A stretch of DNA of 64,000 nucleotides from an uncultured delta proteobacterium. Its GTDB lineage: Bacteria; Desulfobacterota; BSN033; UBA1163. The notes under the pieces are model-generated. The model had not been told where the DNA came from. It was given only the letters and a program-made list of their open reading frames with translations, and ran no database searches. The DNA is taken from NCBI GenBank assembly GCA_963827685.1, contig CAWHBU010000005.1:256001-320000 (forward strand). Reading direction: 5' to 3'. Below, in pieces: positions 31,202-41,541 of this stretch; the stretch's first letter is position 1, and each line of letters opens with the position of its first letter. Position numbers and translations under genes: made by a program.

Positions 31202-31495
31202 ATGATCGAAAGGCATGTCACGTTCAATGTCATTCCTGGAAGGGAAAAGGACTTTGAAACCGTATTCAAAGACGCTTATTGCATTGCCATGTCAAAACAA
31301 CCTGGTTTCGTCTCGGTGGCCCTTCTAAAAGAACATGATAAGGAAGCAGTCTACCAGATGGTGATCCGATTTCAATCCCTTGAAACAGCAGCGGCCTGGA
31401 GAGATTCAGCAGATCATAAGGCCCTCTCGCCCAAGATCAAAGCCCTTTATCAAGGGAGTGCTGTCCAGGTCTACGAGGTGATTGCTCAAAAATAG
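31202..31495 (+). CDS. Antibiotic biosynthesis monooxygenase (ABM) family protein
   Basis: QPGF...F.S...A.AW..S.H ABM pattern. Confidence 0.75.
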   Translation: MIERHVTFNVIPGREKDFETVFKDAYCIAMSKQPGFVSVALLKEHDKEAVYQMVIRFQSLETAAAWRDSADHKALSPKIKALYQGSAVQVYEVIAQK

Positions 31496-31583
31496 TACTT
31501 GATTAAATACAGGTGATGTTTCTTCATTCAGTAAATCAGGAACTTCAGAGGTCTTTCAAAAATTTCTTAGCGAAGGAGTTGAG

Positions 31584-32771
31584 ATGGAGAGAGTAAGGAT
31601 TGGGATGGTCGGTACCGGGTTTGCTGGTCGCCTGCACCTCAACAATTATTCAAAATTGCGAGGTCTCAAGGTTGATCTCGTCGCCATTTGCTCAAAAGAT
31701 GATGACCTCGCAAGTGTCGCCAAGGCATATGGTATTCCCGACTATTATGATGATTATCGACGCGTCCTTGAGCGAAAGGACATTGATGTGATCGACCTGT
31801 GCATCTCAACAGATTTGCATGAAGCTTTCTGCATCGAGACTGCTCAGGCCAGGAAACACATCATATGCGAAAAACCCCTGACAGGATATTTTGGAAAAGA
31901 CCGGAAGGAAGAGCACATTGGCTTTGAAGTCAGTAAAGCGTTAATGCTGAAAGAGACGTTGCAAGGCTGCGATCGGGTTGCTCAAGCAGTAAAAGAGAAC
32001 CATGTGAAATTCATGTATGCCGAAAACTGGATTTATGCGCCTCCCCTTGCCAAGCTTAAAAGTTTGATTAAGGTGAGCGGGGGGACAATCCTGGACATCC
32101 GGGCCGAGGGAAGCCATTCCGGTTCCGGCGCAGCATATTCGAGGAAATGGAAAACCTCCGGAGGAGGTTCGCTGATGCGCCTGGGGGCCCATCCGGTCGG
32201 CGGGGCTCTCCACTTGAAACACTATGAGGGGATATTGAAGTATGGCGAGGCGATCCGGCCCAAATCAGTGACTGCCGAGGTGAGACAGCACACAAAGATA
32301 GAGTCCTTCCTGAAAGAGAAGAAGAAGTATATCGTTTCCGCATGGGAAGACGTGGAAGATTGGGGTGTCATAGTCATACATTTCGGAGACAATTCCACGG
32401 CCACGGTTTTTTCTTCTGATGGTGTTCTGGGAGGGGTCCGCAATACCCTCACGGTATACCTTTCCAATGCGGTTGTGAATATGAACATGAATCCCCACAA
32501 TGTTCTGGAGGTGTATGCTCCGGAGCCTCATATTTTCGGAGAGGAGTACATCGCTGAAAGACTTGAGACCAAGGCAGGATGGAACTATCCAAGTCCTGAT
32601 GAGGACTGGGTAAGAGGATATCCTCAAGAGTTAGAAGATTTTGTAGAGGCCGTCTTATTCGACCGAGAACCCATCTCCGGAATCGATTTGGCAAGGGATG
32701 TGGTGGAGGTGATTTACGCGGGCTATGCCTCTGCGGAAGACGGGAAACGTATAGTCCTCAGACAACAATGA
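31584..32771 (+). CDS. Gfo/Idh/MocA family oxidoreductase
   Basis: GMVGTGF, KHIICEKP, YAEN, GGG.L...GAH. Confidence 0.9.
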   Translation: MERVRIGMVGTGFAGRLHLNNYSKLRGLKVDLVAICSKDDDLASVAKAYGIPDYYDDYRRVLERKDIDVIDLCISTDLHEAFCIETAQARKHIICEKPLTGYFGKDRKEEHIGFEVSKALMLKETLQGCDRVAQAVKENHVKFMYAENWIYAPPLAKLKSLIKVSGGTILDIRAEGSHSGSGAAYSRKWKTSGGGSLMRLGAHPVGGALHLKHYEGILKYGEAIRPKSVTAEVRQHTKIESFLKEKKKYIVSAWEDVEDWGVIVIHFGDNSTATVFSSDGVLGGVRNTLTVYLSNAVVNMNMNPHNVLEVYAPEPHIFGEEYIAERLETKAGWNYPSPDEDWVRGYPQELEDFVEAVLFDREPISGIDLARDVVEVIYAGYASAEDGKRIVLRQQ

Positions 32772-32804
32772 AACAGAGATGAGATCAAAGATCGAGGTTT
32801 TGTC

Positions 32805-33815
32805 ATGCGAGAGACGATGAAGCGATATGCTGAGAGGATTGAGCGAAATGAGATCAATCCACACCTTCGTTATGACGGTCAAATGAGCGGATTGCTCTTA
32901 GATCCCCTTCGGGAAGAAGTGCCTCTTGAAATCTTGGGATTCGGAATCTATCCATTGGGAACCCATCCCATCATCAGGGAGACAAAGGATAAGGAGGTCG
33001 TCCTCGTCCTGCAGGAGGGAGAATTCGAAGCCGAAGTCAATGGAAAAAAGTTTAACGGAAGGAGAATCGGCGGACCCTTCTCAGCGGGACCCGGCCAGTC
33101 CAATGCGTCTGCCCTTTACGTCCCTTGCAACTCAAAACTGAGTATCCGGGGAAACGGCGAGGTGGCCTTCCTTGAGGCCCCTGCCCTCAAGGAAAAAATC
33201 CCGTTCTTTCTCCCTAATGAAGAGGTGAAGGTCTTATCAAGAGGAGATTGGATTTGGAGAAGGGACGTTACGCCCCTGATCAGCCCGAAGGATGCCAGTT
33301 CAAATCTCGTTGTTGGGGAAACCTACAGTCCCCCAGGATTCTGGTCAGGAACACCTCTTCATCAACATGATGGTCAATCTTCGGCAGAGTCAGATCATGA
33401 GGAGGTTTACTATCACCGCTTTCATTTGACTAAAAGCTCGGGAGATCAATTCGGGCCTTATGGCATTCAACTGCTCATGGACGGAATAACGCTGAGGAAG
33501 GCCTACCTGATTGGAGACAAGAGTATCTTTGCCATTCCAGGAGGTTGTCATCCCGTTGTGGCATCTCCGGTCTCCGAACTTCTGTATCTCTGGGGATTGG
33601 CAGGCAGAGGGGATGAGTTGATAATGAGGGATATCCCGGAATTTCTACACCTCAAGTCCTTTGAGGAAATTTTTAAAAGGCTGAAAAGGGATAGGACGAA
33701 AAAGAGACTATCAAAAAAGAGGTTTAAGAGCCTGTGCGAGCCCTATGCATTTACAGAAAAACAATCAAACCTTCTGTCAGTCATGTTGAGAGAGAAAGGA
33801 TATGAGATCAAATAG
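32805..33815 (+). CDS. iolB: 5-deoxy-glucuronate isomerase (IolB/KduI family)
   Basis: LVVGET, WSGTPLHQHD, EEVYY, GCHPVVA. Confidence 0.8.
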   Translation: MRETMKRYAERIERNEINPHLRYDGQMSGLLLDPLREEVPLEILGFGIYPLGTHPIIRETKDKEVVLVLQEGEFEAEVNGKKFNGRRIGGPFSAGPGQSNASALYVPCNSKLSIRGNGEVAFLEAPALKEKIPFFLPNEEVKVLSRGDWIWRRDVTPLISPKDASSNLVVGETYSPPGFWSGTPLHQHDGQSSAESDHEEVYYHRFHLTKSSGDQFGPYGIQLLMDGITLRKAYLIGDKSIFAIPGGCHPVVASPVSELLYLWGLAGRGDELIMRDIPEFLHLKSFEEIFKRLKRDRTKKRLSKKRFKSLCEPYAFTEKQSNLLSVMLREKGYEIK

Positions 33816-33933
33816 ATTTGACCAAGCCGCCTCGACTCAGATGGAGGATGTTCGGCCACAATGCTTTTCAAGATAAAATGCTTTCTATGGTTCAGAGAAT
33901 GAGGAATTCATTATTGACGAAAGGGGGATTGTT

Positions 33934-34920
33934 ATGGTCGACGTGGTAACCTTTGGAGAGGCAATGGTGAGGCTCTCACCTCCTCACTTTCAAAGGTTGG
34001 AACAGACTCAAAGCCTTGATCTCAGTGTGGGTGGAGCGGAGCTCAATGTGGCAGTGGGTGTAACCCGTTTTGGAATGAAGAGTACATGGGTTTCAAAATT
34101 ACCGAAAAATGCTCTCGGTTATCTTATTCGCAACCGAGCTCAAGAGTTTGGAGTGGACTGTTCTCATGTCGTCTGGTCTGATCAAGGACGGGCCGGACTC
34201 TATTTTTTGGAATTGGGTGCATCGCCTCGAGCGTCGAGTGTCCTCTATGACCGGGCAGGTTCAGCCATCAGCATGATCAAGCCGGGTGAAGTGGATTGGA
34301 CAAAGGTCTTTACAGGGTCGAAGCATTTCCATATGAGTGGTATTACTCCCGCTTTGAGCGCCTCTGCTTCAGAGGTGACGGCCGAAGCTCTCAAGGCAGC
34401 CAAGAAAGCGGGGTGCACCGTTTCTTACGATCTCAATTATCGTAAGAAACTCTGGACCCCGGCAGAGGCAAAGAGAATTCAAGAGCCCATGATGGGTGAT
34501 GTGGATGTCCTGATTACGACCGAAGAAGATACCAATGTCGTCTTCGAAATTAAGGAAAAGGACTATGAAGCGGCGGCAGAGAAGCTCGCTCGCACCTTCA
34601 AATTCAAAATCGTAGCGATTACGGTGAGGGAAGACGTCTCGGTCTGGAAGAATCGCTGGACAGCCATTGCCTATCACGACGGAAAGGTCTTCAGGGACAG
34701 AAAGTATGAGGTGGAGATCGTGGACAGGGTTGGCGCGGGCGATTCGTTTACCGCCGGATTTCTTTATGGCTGGCTTAAATTGAAAGATGTAGAAAAAGGG
34801 GTTCAGTATGCAAATGCCTTTTCGGCACTCAAGCATACGATACCAGGCGATTTTAATTGGAGCACCCAGGAAGAAGTTGAAGCCCAGTTAAAAGGAGCGG
34901 GCCTGAGGATCTCAAGGTAG
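33934..34920 (+). CDS. kdgK: 2-keto-3-deoxy sugar-acid kinase (PfkB family)
   Basis: FGEAMVRL, GGAELNVA, SYDLNYR, DRVGAGDSF. Confidence 0.85.
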   Translation: MVDVVTFGEAMVRLSPPHFQRLEQTQSLDLSVGGAELNVAVGVTRFGMKSTWVSKLPKNALGYLIRNRAQEFGVDCSHVVWSDQGRAGLYFLELGASPRASSVLYDRAGSAISMIKPGEVDWTKVFTGSKHFHMSGITPALSASASEVTAEALKAAKKAGCTVSYDLNYRKKLWTPAEAKRIQEPMMGDVDVLITTEEDTNVVFEIKEKDYEAAAEKLARTFKFKIVAITVREDVSVWKNRWTAIAYHDGKVFRDRKYEVEIVDRVGAGDSFTAGFLYGWLKLKDVEKGVQYANAFSALKHTIPGDFNWSTQEEVEAQLKGAGLRISR

Positions 34921-34931
34921 GAGGACGAGAG

Positions 34932-35582
34932 ATGGAAAAGAGAGAAGTTTTGAATCGGATGATTTCGGAAGGGTTGATCCCAGTAATCCGCGTGACCTCT
35001 GCTCAAGAAGCCATGGATGTGGCTGATGCGATCAAAGAAGGGGGTGTGACCTTTATCGAAATCACGATGAGCGTCCAGGGCGCCATCGATGTGATCAAAG
35101 AGCTGATGCAGAAATATAAAGATGAGATCGTCATGGGCGCAGGAACGGTCTTGGATCCTGAAACAGGAAGAGCGGCGCTTCTCGCTGGGGCTCAGTTCAT
35201 CGTCAGCCCTACCCTCAACCTCGATCTCGTCTATCTTGCACATCGCTACGGCGCCGTGGTCATTCCCGGGGCGATGACCCCAACCGAGATCCTCGCTGCC
35301 TGGAATGCAGGAGCGGATATGGTGAAGGTCTTTCCTGCCGCCCAAGTCGGGGGGCCTGAGTATCTCAAGGCGTTGAGAGGACCATTGCCACAAATCCTTC
35401 TCGTTCCTACAGGTGGCGTCAACCTTCAGAATGCAGGGGCTTTTGTCAAGGCCGGGGCCGCTGCCCTCGGAGTGGGTGGAGAGTTGGTGGATAAGAAAGC
35501 CATCAAAGAAAAGAAGTTTCATGTCATTACAGAGAACACACGTGCTTTTCTCAAGGCGATTCGAGAGGCAAGAGGAAAATAG
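34932..35582 (+). CDS. eda: KDPG/KHG aldolase
   Basis: IEIT, GAGTV, FIVSP, VKVFPA, PTGGV. Confidence 0.92.
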   Translation: MEKREVLNRMISEGLIPVIRVTSAQEAMDVADAIKEGGVTFIEITMSVQGAIDVIKELMQKYKDEIVMGAGTVLDPETGRAALLAGAQFIVSPTLNLDLVYLAHRYGAVVIPGAMTPTEILAAWNAGADMVKVFPAAQVGGPEYLKALRGPLPQILLVPTGGVNLQNAGAFVKAGAAALGVGGELVDKKAIKEKKFHVITENTRAFLKAIREARGK

Positions 35583-35638
35583 GAGTTAAGAATTAAGAGT
35601 TATAAGTTATGAATTATGAATTGCCAACTGTTCAATGA

Positions 35639-36943
35639 GTGGTTATGCGTATCTCTTTCCCCTATCCTGAAATCAAGTCCCTGGAAGTGCCGGAACAGAA
35701 TCTCCTCGGGCTCTTTTCCCCTTCCATCGTGAAGATCGAAGAGACTGAAGAGGCGATTATCGAAAAGGCATTCTCGCATCCCATCGGATCGGACCCTTTA
35801 TCACCTATGCTCAAAGGATGCCAGGATGTCCTGATCCTAGTAGATGACTATACCCGCACCACACCCGTCCAGAAGGTTCTTCCCCGATTATTGAACGAGT
35901 TGGAGATGGCTGGGATTAAACCCGGCGGGGCCAAAATCCTTGTTGCTCTCGGGACCCATCGCCCCATGAACCAAGAGGAGATAGTAAAAAAGTTTGGGAA
36001 GGATATTTCTGAACGATATTCCATTCTCAATCACAACTGGTGGGACCCCTCCCAACTCTCCTATTTGGGAGAAACAGAGGGAGGGACTCCCATTTTCGTC
36101 AATCGATTGGTCAAAGAAGCCGATTTCATTATTGGCGTCGGTCAGATCGTTCCTCATCGGGTGTCCGGATTCAGCGGAGGTGGAAACATTATTCAACCTG
36201 GAATCTGTGGCGAGGAGACAACAGGGAGAACTCATTGGCTCGGCGCTCAATTTACAGGACGGGAGATCTTAGGAAAGATTGAAAATCCAGTGAAGCAGGA
36301 GATTGAAAGGGTCGCTCAAAAAGCAGGGTTGAAATGGATCATCAATACCATCCAGGATGGTTCCGGCAGATTAATCAGTGTAGTGGCAGGGGACCCGGTT
36401 CAGGCTTATCGGATAGGAGCGAAGCGATCTCTTGAGGTTTATCAATCTCAACTCCCGCAGGAAGCTGACATCGTCATCGCTGACTCCCATCCTTATGACT
36501 CAGAACTCTGGCTGGCAGCCAAAGGGATATATGCTTCGGAACTGGCAGTCAAACAGGGAGGAGTGGTAATCCTGATCACTCCTTGCCCCGAGGGAATTTC
36601 TCCCAGTCACCCAGAAGTTCTTGAGTTGGGCTATCAAACATTTGAAGAAGTCGATCAAAAAGTCCGCCAAGGAATGATTCAAAAACTGACAGTTGCCGCC
36701 CATCTTGTCCATGTAGGAAGGGTGATTAAAGAGAGGGCAAAGGGCGTGATGGTTTCCTCCGGAATCTCAAGAGAGGATAAAGAACGTTTAGGTTTCATCC
36801 ACGCCGGAGAACCGGGGGAGGCTTTGGAAATCGCTTTTAGATTGATAGGGCGGAACGCAAAAGTCGCCGTACTTCAGAGAGGCGGCGAGATTTTGCCGGT
36901 GGTCCAAACCCAAAGCCCCCCTTCCCTTGGCGGGAAGAGATGA
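35639..36943 (+). CDS. larA: Nickel-pincer-dependent lactate racemase family (LarA homologue)
   Basis: DDYTRTTP, ALGTHR, NH.W, PHRVSGFSGG, CPEG. Confidence 0.85.
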   Translation: MVMRISFPYPEIKSLEVPEQNLLGLFSPSIVKIEETEEAIIEKAFSHPIGSDPLSPMLKGCQDVLILVDDYTRTTPVQKVLPRLLNELEMAGIKPGGAKILVALGTHRPMNQEEIVKKFGKDISERYSILNHNWWDPSQLSYLGETEGGTPIFVNRLVKEADFIIGVGQIVPHRVSGFSGGGNIIQPGICGEETTGRTHWLGAQFTGREILGKIENPVKQEIERVAQKAGLKWIINTIQDGSGRLISVVAGDPVQAYRIGAKRSLEVYQSQLPQEADIVIADSHPYDSELWLAAKGIYASELAVKQGGVVILITPCPEGISPSHPEVLELGYQTFEEVDQKVRQGMIQKLTVAAHLVHVGRVIKERAKGVMVSSGISREDKERLGFIHAGEPGEALEIAFRLIGRNAKVAVLQRGGEILPVVQTQSPPSLGGKR

Positions 36944-37040
36944 AGGGGAGGGGGAGATCGATCCTCCTGTTCACCCCCACCCTCGCCCTCACCCTCCCCC
37001 GTCGATGGGGAGGGGATAAAAGTAAAAATAAGGAGATCCA

Positions 37041-38075
37041 ATGAAAGCTGTGGTCAAATATGGAAAAGGTAAAGGCTTGGTTGAAATTCGTGAGGTCCCT
37101 GTCCCAAAGATCAAGGATGATGAGGTCTTAATGGAAGTGAAGGCGGTTTCAGTCTGTGGAAGTGACCTTCACATCTACCATGACAGCCATCCTTACTGGC
37201 CTCCGGTGATTCTCGGACATGAATTCTCAGGAGTCATTGCAGAGGTCGGGAAGGATGTGAAAGGCTGGAAGGTGGGTGATCGGATCGTCACCGAGACACG
37301 AACAGGTTCCTGCGGGGTCTGTTATATCTGCCAAAGTGGATTCCCCCAAGCTTGTGAACAGAAGAGACCTTATGGCATCGGGATTGACGGTGCTTACACA
37401 AAATATGTGGCAGGTCCAGCCCGTCTCCTCCATCGCCTTCCCGATAGCGTTCCCTTTGAGACAGGGGCGTTGTTTGAACCCATCGCGGTCTGTATCACAT
37501 CCATCCTCGAACGATCTCAACTCCAGGCAGGGGAGTCCGTCGTCATCACCGGCCCGGGACCCATTGGCCTCATCGCCTTGGCGATCACAAAGGCGGCGGG
37601 GGTGAAGAGTGTGGGAATAACGGGAAGGAGCGCGGATGAAGAGGTGAGATTCAAAAAAGCAAAAGAATTGGGAGCGGATTTTACAATCAATGTGGATCAA
37701 GAGGATCCTGTCCGGAAGATTTTGATGTTGACCGAAGGTCTGGGGGTCGATGTTCTTATCGAGACCTCCGGAGGCGGCAAGGCCATCACACAGGCTTTCG
37801 AAATGGTGAGAAGATTCGGAAGAATTTGTGCGATTGGGATTTCCGGAAAGGATGAAGTGGCGATTCCTTATGACCGTGGTATCTTTAAAGCCCTTCGTTA
37901 CGATTTCTGTTTCTCCAGTAGCTGGACGGCCTGGGAGAAAACCATCGGCCTGATCGCGAAGGGCCTTCTCCCGGCTGAGAGATTGATTACCCACAAGCTC
38001 CCCCTCGAAGAATGGGAGGAGGCGTTCCGTTTATTAGAAAATCTTCAGGCAGCCAAGGTGATTTTGATCCCATAA
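37041..38075 (+). CDS. Zinc-dependent alcohol/polyol dehydrogenase (MDR)
   Basis: CGSD, GHEFSG, CGVCYIC...C, GPGPIG. Confidence 0.9.
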   Translation: MKAVVKYGKGKGLVEIREVPVPKIKDDEVLMEVKAVSVCGSDLHIYHDSHPYWPPVILGHEFSGVIAEVGKDVKGWKVGDRIVTETRTGSCGVCYICQSGFPQACEQKRPYGIGIDGAYTKYVAGPARLLHRLPDSVPFETGALFEPIAVCITSILERSQLQAGESVVITGPGPIGLIALAITKAAGVKSVGITGRSADEEVRFKKAKELGADFTINVDQEDPVRKILMLTEGLGVDVLIETSGGGKAITQAFEMVRRFGRICAIGISGKDEVAIPYDRGIFKALRYDFCFSSSWTAWEKTIGLIAKGLLPAERLITHKLPLEEWEEAFRLLENLQAAKVILIP

Positions 38076-38091
38076 AAAGAGAGAGGGTGAA

Positions 38092-39087
38092 ATGAAACAG
38101 TATCCCTATCAGGTGATCATCACAGACTGTGACCATGGATCCATCCGAGAGGAGAAAGAAGAGTTTGATCGAATGGGTGCCGAACTGATACTGGCTCAAG
38201 CCCAGAAAGAGGACGATTTGATCCGAGTATGCAAAGAGGCTGATGGGCTCTTGAACCAGTATGCCCTCTTGACCCGAAAGGTCCTTGAAAGCCTTCCAAA
38301 ATGCAAGGTGATTTCACGTTACGGCGTTGGAGTGGATTCCGTCGATCTTAAGGCAGCCACGGATTTAGGAGTTATCGTCGCTAATGTTCCAGACTACTGT
38401 ATGGATGAGGTGGCCAACCAGACCATCGCGATGATCCTAACATTGATAAGAAAAACTGCCTTTTTTGATCGAAAGGTGAAATCCGGCGAATGGGATTTTC
38501 ACCAGGGGATACCCATCTATCGAATCAGTGGAAAGACTCTGGGCCTTATCGGATGCGGAAAAATCGGTCTGGAAGTTGCAAAAAGAATTTCTGCTTTTGG
38601 CGTGCGGGTGATTGCCTTCGATCCCTATATTGAGAAGTCTCATGGGGTGGCCGAATTGAAAGACATCGATACCGTCTTAAAGGAATCCGATTTCATCTCC
38701 GTCCACTGCCCCTTGAACGATTCCACCCGACATTTGATCGGGGACAAGGAATTTAAAAAAATGGAGAAGAAACCCCTTCTCATCAATACCTCAAGAGGAG
38801 CGATCATCGATGAGAAGGCCCTCATCCAAGCATTGCGAGAAGGTCTCCTCTCGGGAGTAGGTTTAGATGTCTTGGAGAAAGAGCCGCCCGATTCTAAAAA
38901 TCCAATGCTTAAGATGGAAAACGTCATCCTCTCTCCCCATATTGGCTTCTATTCTGTGGAATCGATCAGTGAGTTGAAGTGGAGGACGGCGAAGAATGTA
39001 GCGGATGTCCTCATGGGGAAATGGCCGGGTTCTGTGGTGAATCGTGAAGTCCGGGGAAAGACCCGTGCGTCAATTTCCGTGTATTGA
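38092..39087 (+). CDS. D-2-hydroxyacid dehydrogenase (CtBP-like)
   Basis: RYGVGVD, GCGKIG, INTSRG, LDVLEKEP, SPHIGF. Confidence 0.9.
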   Translation: MKQYPYQVIITDCDHGSIREEKEEFDRMGAELILAQAQKEDDLIRVCKEADGLLNQYALLTRKVLESLPKCKVISRYGVGVDSVDLKAATDLGVIVANVPDYCMDEVANQTIAMILTLIRKTAFFDRKVKSGEWDFHQGIPIYRISGKTLGLIGCGKIGLEVAKRISAFGVRVIAFDPYIEKSHGVAELKDIDTVLKESDFISVHCPLNDSTRHLIGDKEFKKMEKKPLLINTSRGAIIDEKALIQALREGLLSGVGLDVLEKEPPDSKNPMLKMENVILSPHIGFYSVESISELKWRTAKNVADVLMGKWPGSVVNREVRGKTRASISVY

Positions 39088-39100
39088 AAATGGAAGAGAG

Positions 39101-39391
39101 TCATTTTAGAAATTTGGTAATGCTCTTGACTTGATCGGCGGTCTCTTTAATCTGCTTGACTTCCTTCAGTCCTGGAATTTCTTCGACTTCTTTCTTTATA
39201 TCCAAAATCGGGTCCCTTTTCTGATCCCCTTGGTCTTTTTCCTTTCCTGCCTTTCTATCATCCCTAATTTTCCTGATCTCTTTCACCGTCTCCCCAAGCC
39301 CCTTCCCGATCTCTGGTAGTTTTTTCACCCCAAAGAGCAAAAAGAAGATGACAAGAATTAGAAGAATTTCCTGCAACCCCAAACCGAACAT
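39101..39391 (-). CDS. tatA: Twin-arginine translocase TatA/TatE family subunit
   Basis: MFGLGLQE...LLFG.KKLPEIGKGLG. Confidence 0.8.
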   Translation of the reverse strand: MFGLGLQEILLILVIFFLLFGVKKLPEIGKGLGETVKEIRKIRDDRKAGKEKDQGDQKRDPILDIKKEVEEIPGLKEVKQIKETADQVKSITKFLK

Positions 39392-39486
39392 CTCTAAACC
39401 TCAACTTAGAGTCATGAGTTATGAACTAAAAAAGCTATTTATTCTTAATTCTTAATTCTAAATTCTCAACTCTTCATTCTTAACTA

Positions 39487-39792
39487 TCAGTGCTCCCAGT
39501 GGCCATCTATCCAGACCCAACCTCCTCTCCTCGGTTCCCAATAGCCAGGCACCCAATGTGCATGAGCCCTTGGAGGTCTCGCCCAATGGCCTGGAATCCA
39601 AGTCCACTCCCCTCCCCTATGGGCCCAGTGTCCGGGTCTCCAAACCGCCTCTGGATAGGGAGGTGTTCCATAGACCTCCACCCGAGGTTCAGGTGGTCTA
39701 ACTCTCACTATGGGAGGGGGACACCCTAATAAAAGGACTGCAATGACGCAGATAACAACTAATGAGCTGATAATAGCGACTTTTCTGTTCAC
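39487..39792 (-). CDS. YXWGXW-repeat lipoprotein
   Basis: Lipobox LLGC; four W.PG(H/Y)W repeats; GTG start with SD. Confidence 0.8.
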   Translation of the reverse strand: MNRKVAIISSLVVICVIAVLLLGCPPPIVRVRPPEPRVEVYGTPPYPEAVWRPGHWAHRGGEWTWIPGHWARPPRAHAHWVPGYWEPRRGGWVWIDGHWEH

Positions 39793-39956
39793 CGTAATTC
39801 CTCCCTTCACTCCATAATTTTTATAGAAATTTGGACGATGATGCAAGAAAAAAATTCAAAAAATTTTACGGAGATACTAAAAAGAGAAAAAAATGGCTTG
39901 ATTTTTCTTAAGATTTTAAATATTGAAATCTCTATTAGAACCCAAGGAGGCAATTC

Positions 39957-40115
39957 ATGGCCATTGAATTAGAGTGTCCCATCTGTGATGCCGATATCCC
40001 CCTCGACGGAAACGAGAAGCCAGGGGATCTGGTCCTGTGTTCCTATTGCAAGGTAACCTTCAAGATAATAAGGACGAAAGATAAATGGACCCTTTCAGAG
40101 GATTTTGAGGAATAG
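39957..40115 (+). CDS. LysW-like small zinc-ribbon carrier protein (52 aa; absent from the ORF track)
   Basis: MAIELECPICDADIPLDGNEKPGDLVLCSYCKVTFKIIRTKDKWTLSEDFEE*; SD AAGGAGG. Confidence 0.75.
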   Translation: MAIELECPICDADIPLDGNEKPGDLVLCSYCKVTFKIIRTKDKWTLSEDFEE

Positions 40116-40133
40116 ATCCATTCCCACGGAATG

Positions 40134-40290
40134 GAAATTCCAAATCCCGAATTCCAAATTCCAAATAAATTACAATTACCAAATGTTGGAATTACCTAAA
40201 CCTTTTCTCCCTTCTTTGGATTAATAGAATTGGGTCATTGACCCACTGGTTATTATTTGGATATTGGTGTTTGAAGCTTGGTTATTGTTT
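40134..40290. repeat. Inverted degenerate 7-nt tandem arrays
   Basis: aaattccaaatcccgaattccaaattcc... / ...tttggatattggtgtttg. Confidence 0.6.
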
Positions 40291-40365
40291 CATTCCAAAC
40301 CATTATTTTACAATTTAATAATCAATTTCGACGGGCAGATTCGGAAGCTGTGAGCATCATTTGAA

Positions 40366-41241
40366 ATGAAACTCTTGTATACCTCAGATCTCCATGGGGA
40401 AATCCACCTCTTTCAGGAACTCTTATCGTTTGCTATTTCTTCCTCATCAGAAATCTTGGTGATAGGGGGTGATCTTCTTCCCTCCTTCCCTCCGACAAAA
40501 CGATACGAAGATATGATTCCAAATCAAAAAACATTCATTGACCAGTTTCTTTCTCCTTTTTTTAAAAGGATGTTAGAGACCACTTCTATTCAACAGATTT
40601 TTCTTATACCCGGAAACTGGGATCTGGGTTATCCCTTTCTCTTTAAGGAGTCTACAGCAAGGATAATCGATCTCAACCAGAGGAGTTATCGATTCAAAAA
40701 TGGATACGAGCTGATCGGATACCCATTTGTCCCTCCGACCCCGTTTCGACCAAAAGACTTTGAAAAGATGGACGATCGGGAATCCCCTTGGCCTCCTCAG
40801 AAGAATCCTTCCTATGTTCGATCTTCTGATCAACCTGACCAATTGAGACCCGTTGATCCCTTTCTCTATCTCAGAGAGCGGGAAACGATTGAGGAAGATT
40901 TAGATCAACTTCCAAAACCTCTCCATCCAAAAAGAGCGATCTATATCATGCATTCCCCTCCTTTTGGGACTCGATTGGATCTCATCCAAGGAGGGCAATC
41001 GGCAGGAAGTCGATCCATCAAAACCTTCATTGAAAGGAATCAGCCTCTTTTAACCCTTCATGGTCATATCCATGAGTCACCAGAGCTTTCTGGCACGTAC
41101 ATGGATCGGATTGGAGAAACTCTTTCCATCAACCCAGGACAATCTATCTGGACGACGAGAGATGTTTCCAGGCTTCATGCCGTTATCTTCGAAATGGAAA
41201 GGGCAGAACAAACACTTACACACAATTGTTTCCAGAGATGA
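40366..41241 (+). CDS. Metallophosphoesterase (Icc-related)
   Basis: SDLHG, GGD, PGNWD, HSPP, LHGHIHES, NPG. Confidence 0.88.
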   Translation: MKLLYTSDLHGEIHLFQELLSFAISSSSEILVIGGDLLPSFPPTKRYEDMIPNQKTFIDQFLSPFFKRMLETTSIQQIFLIPGNWDLGYPFLFKESTARIIDLNQRSYRFKNGYELIGYPFVPPTPFRPKDFEKMDDRESPWPPQKNPSYVRSSDQPDQLRPVDPFLYLRERETIEEDLDQLPKPLHPKRAIYIMHSPPFGTRLDLIQGGQSAGSRSIKTFIERNQPLLTLHGHIHESPELSGTYMDRIGETLSINPGQSIWTTRDVSRLHAVIFEMERAEQTLTHNCFQR

Positions 41242-41495
41242 AGAAGAGTTGTGGTTTGTGGATGGGTATCCGAAACCAATGGATTCCTTCATAGAATGGA
41301 TCAAAGCGAGTCGGGAACAGAGATACTCCTGCAGATGCTCTGGGATCCTAAGAATGCAATATCCTGAGAGGTAACTTAAAATTCATTTTCATACATATAA
41401 TCGGGTACTTATGCCCTTATTAAAAACACTTGACATATAAGAAATAAAATGAAATAATTGAGTTGTAGGTTGTAAGAAGTATCTGTTTGGATCAC

Positions 41496-41541
41496 AAAAG
41501 GTCGTAAAAGTGCTTCTGAAAACTTTTGCGGCCTTTTTTTT
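41496..41541 (+). terminator. Terminator-like hairpin in the leader of the cold-shock gene
   Basis: aaaaggtcgtaaaagt / acttttgcggcctttt + T-run, downstream of TTGACA (41430). Confidence 0.5.

Noticed and set aside
34803-37994. Long antisense ORFs such as 34803-35522 and 37227-37994, and similar ones elsewhere
   Set aside because: They are shadow frames of well-supported genes on the other strand and have no motifs.
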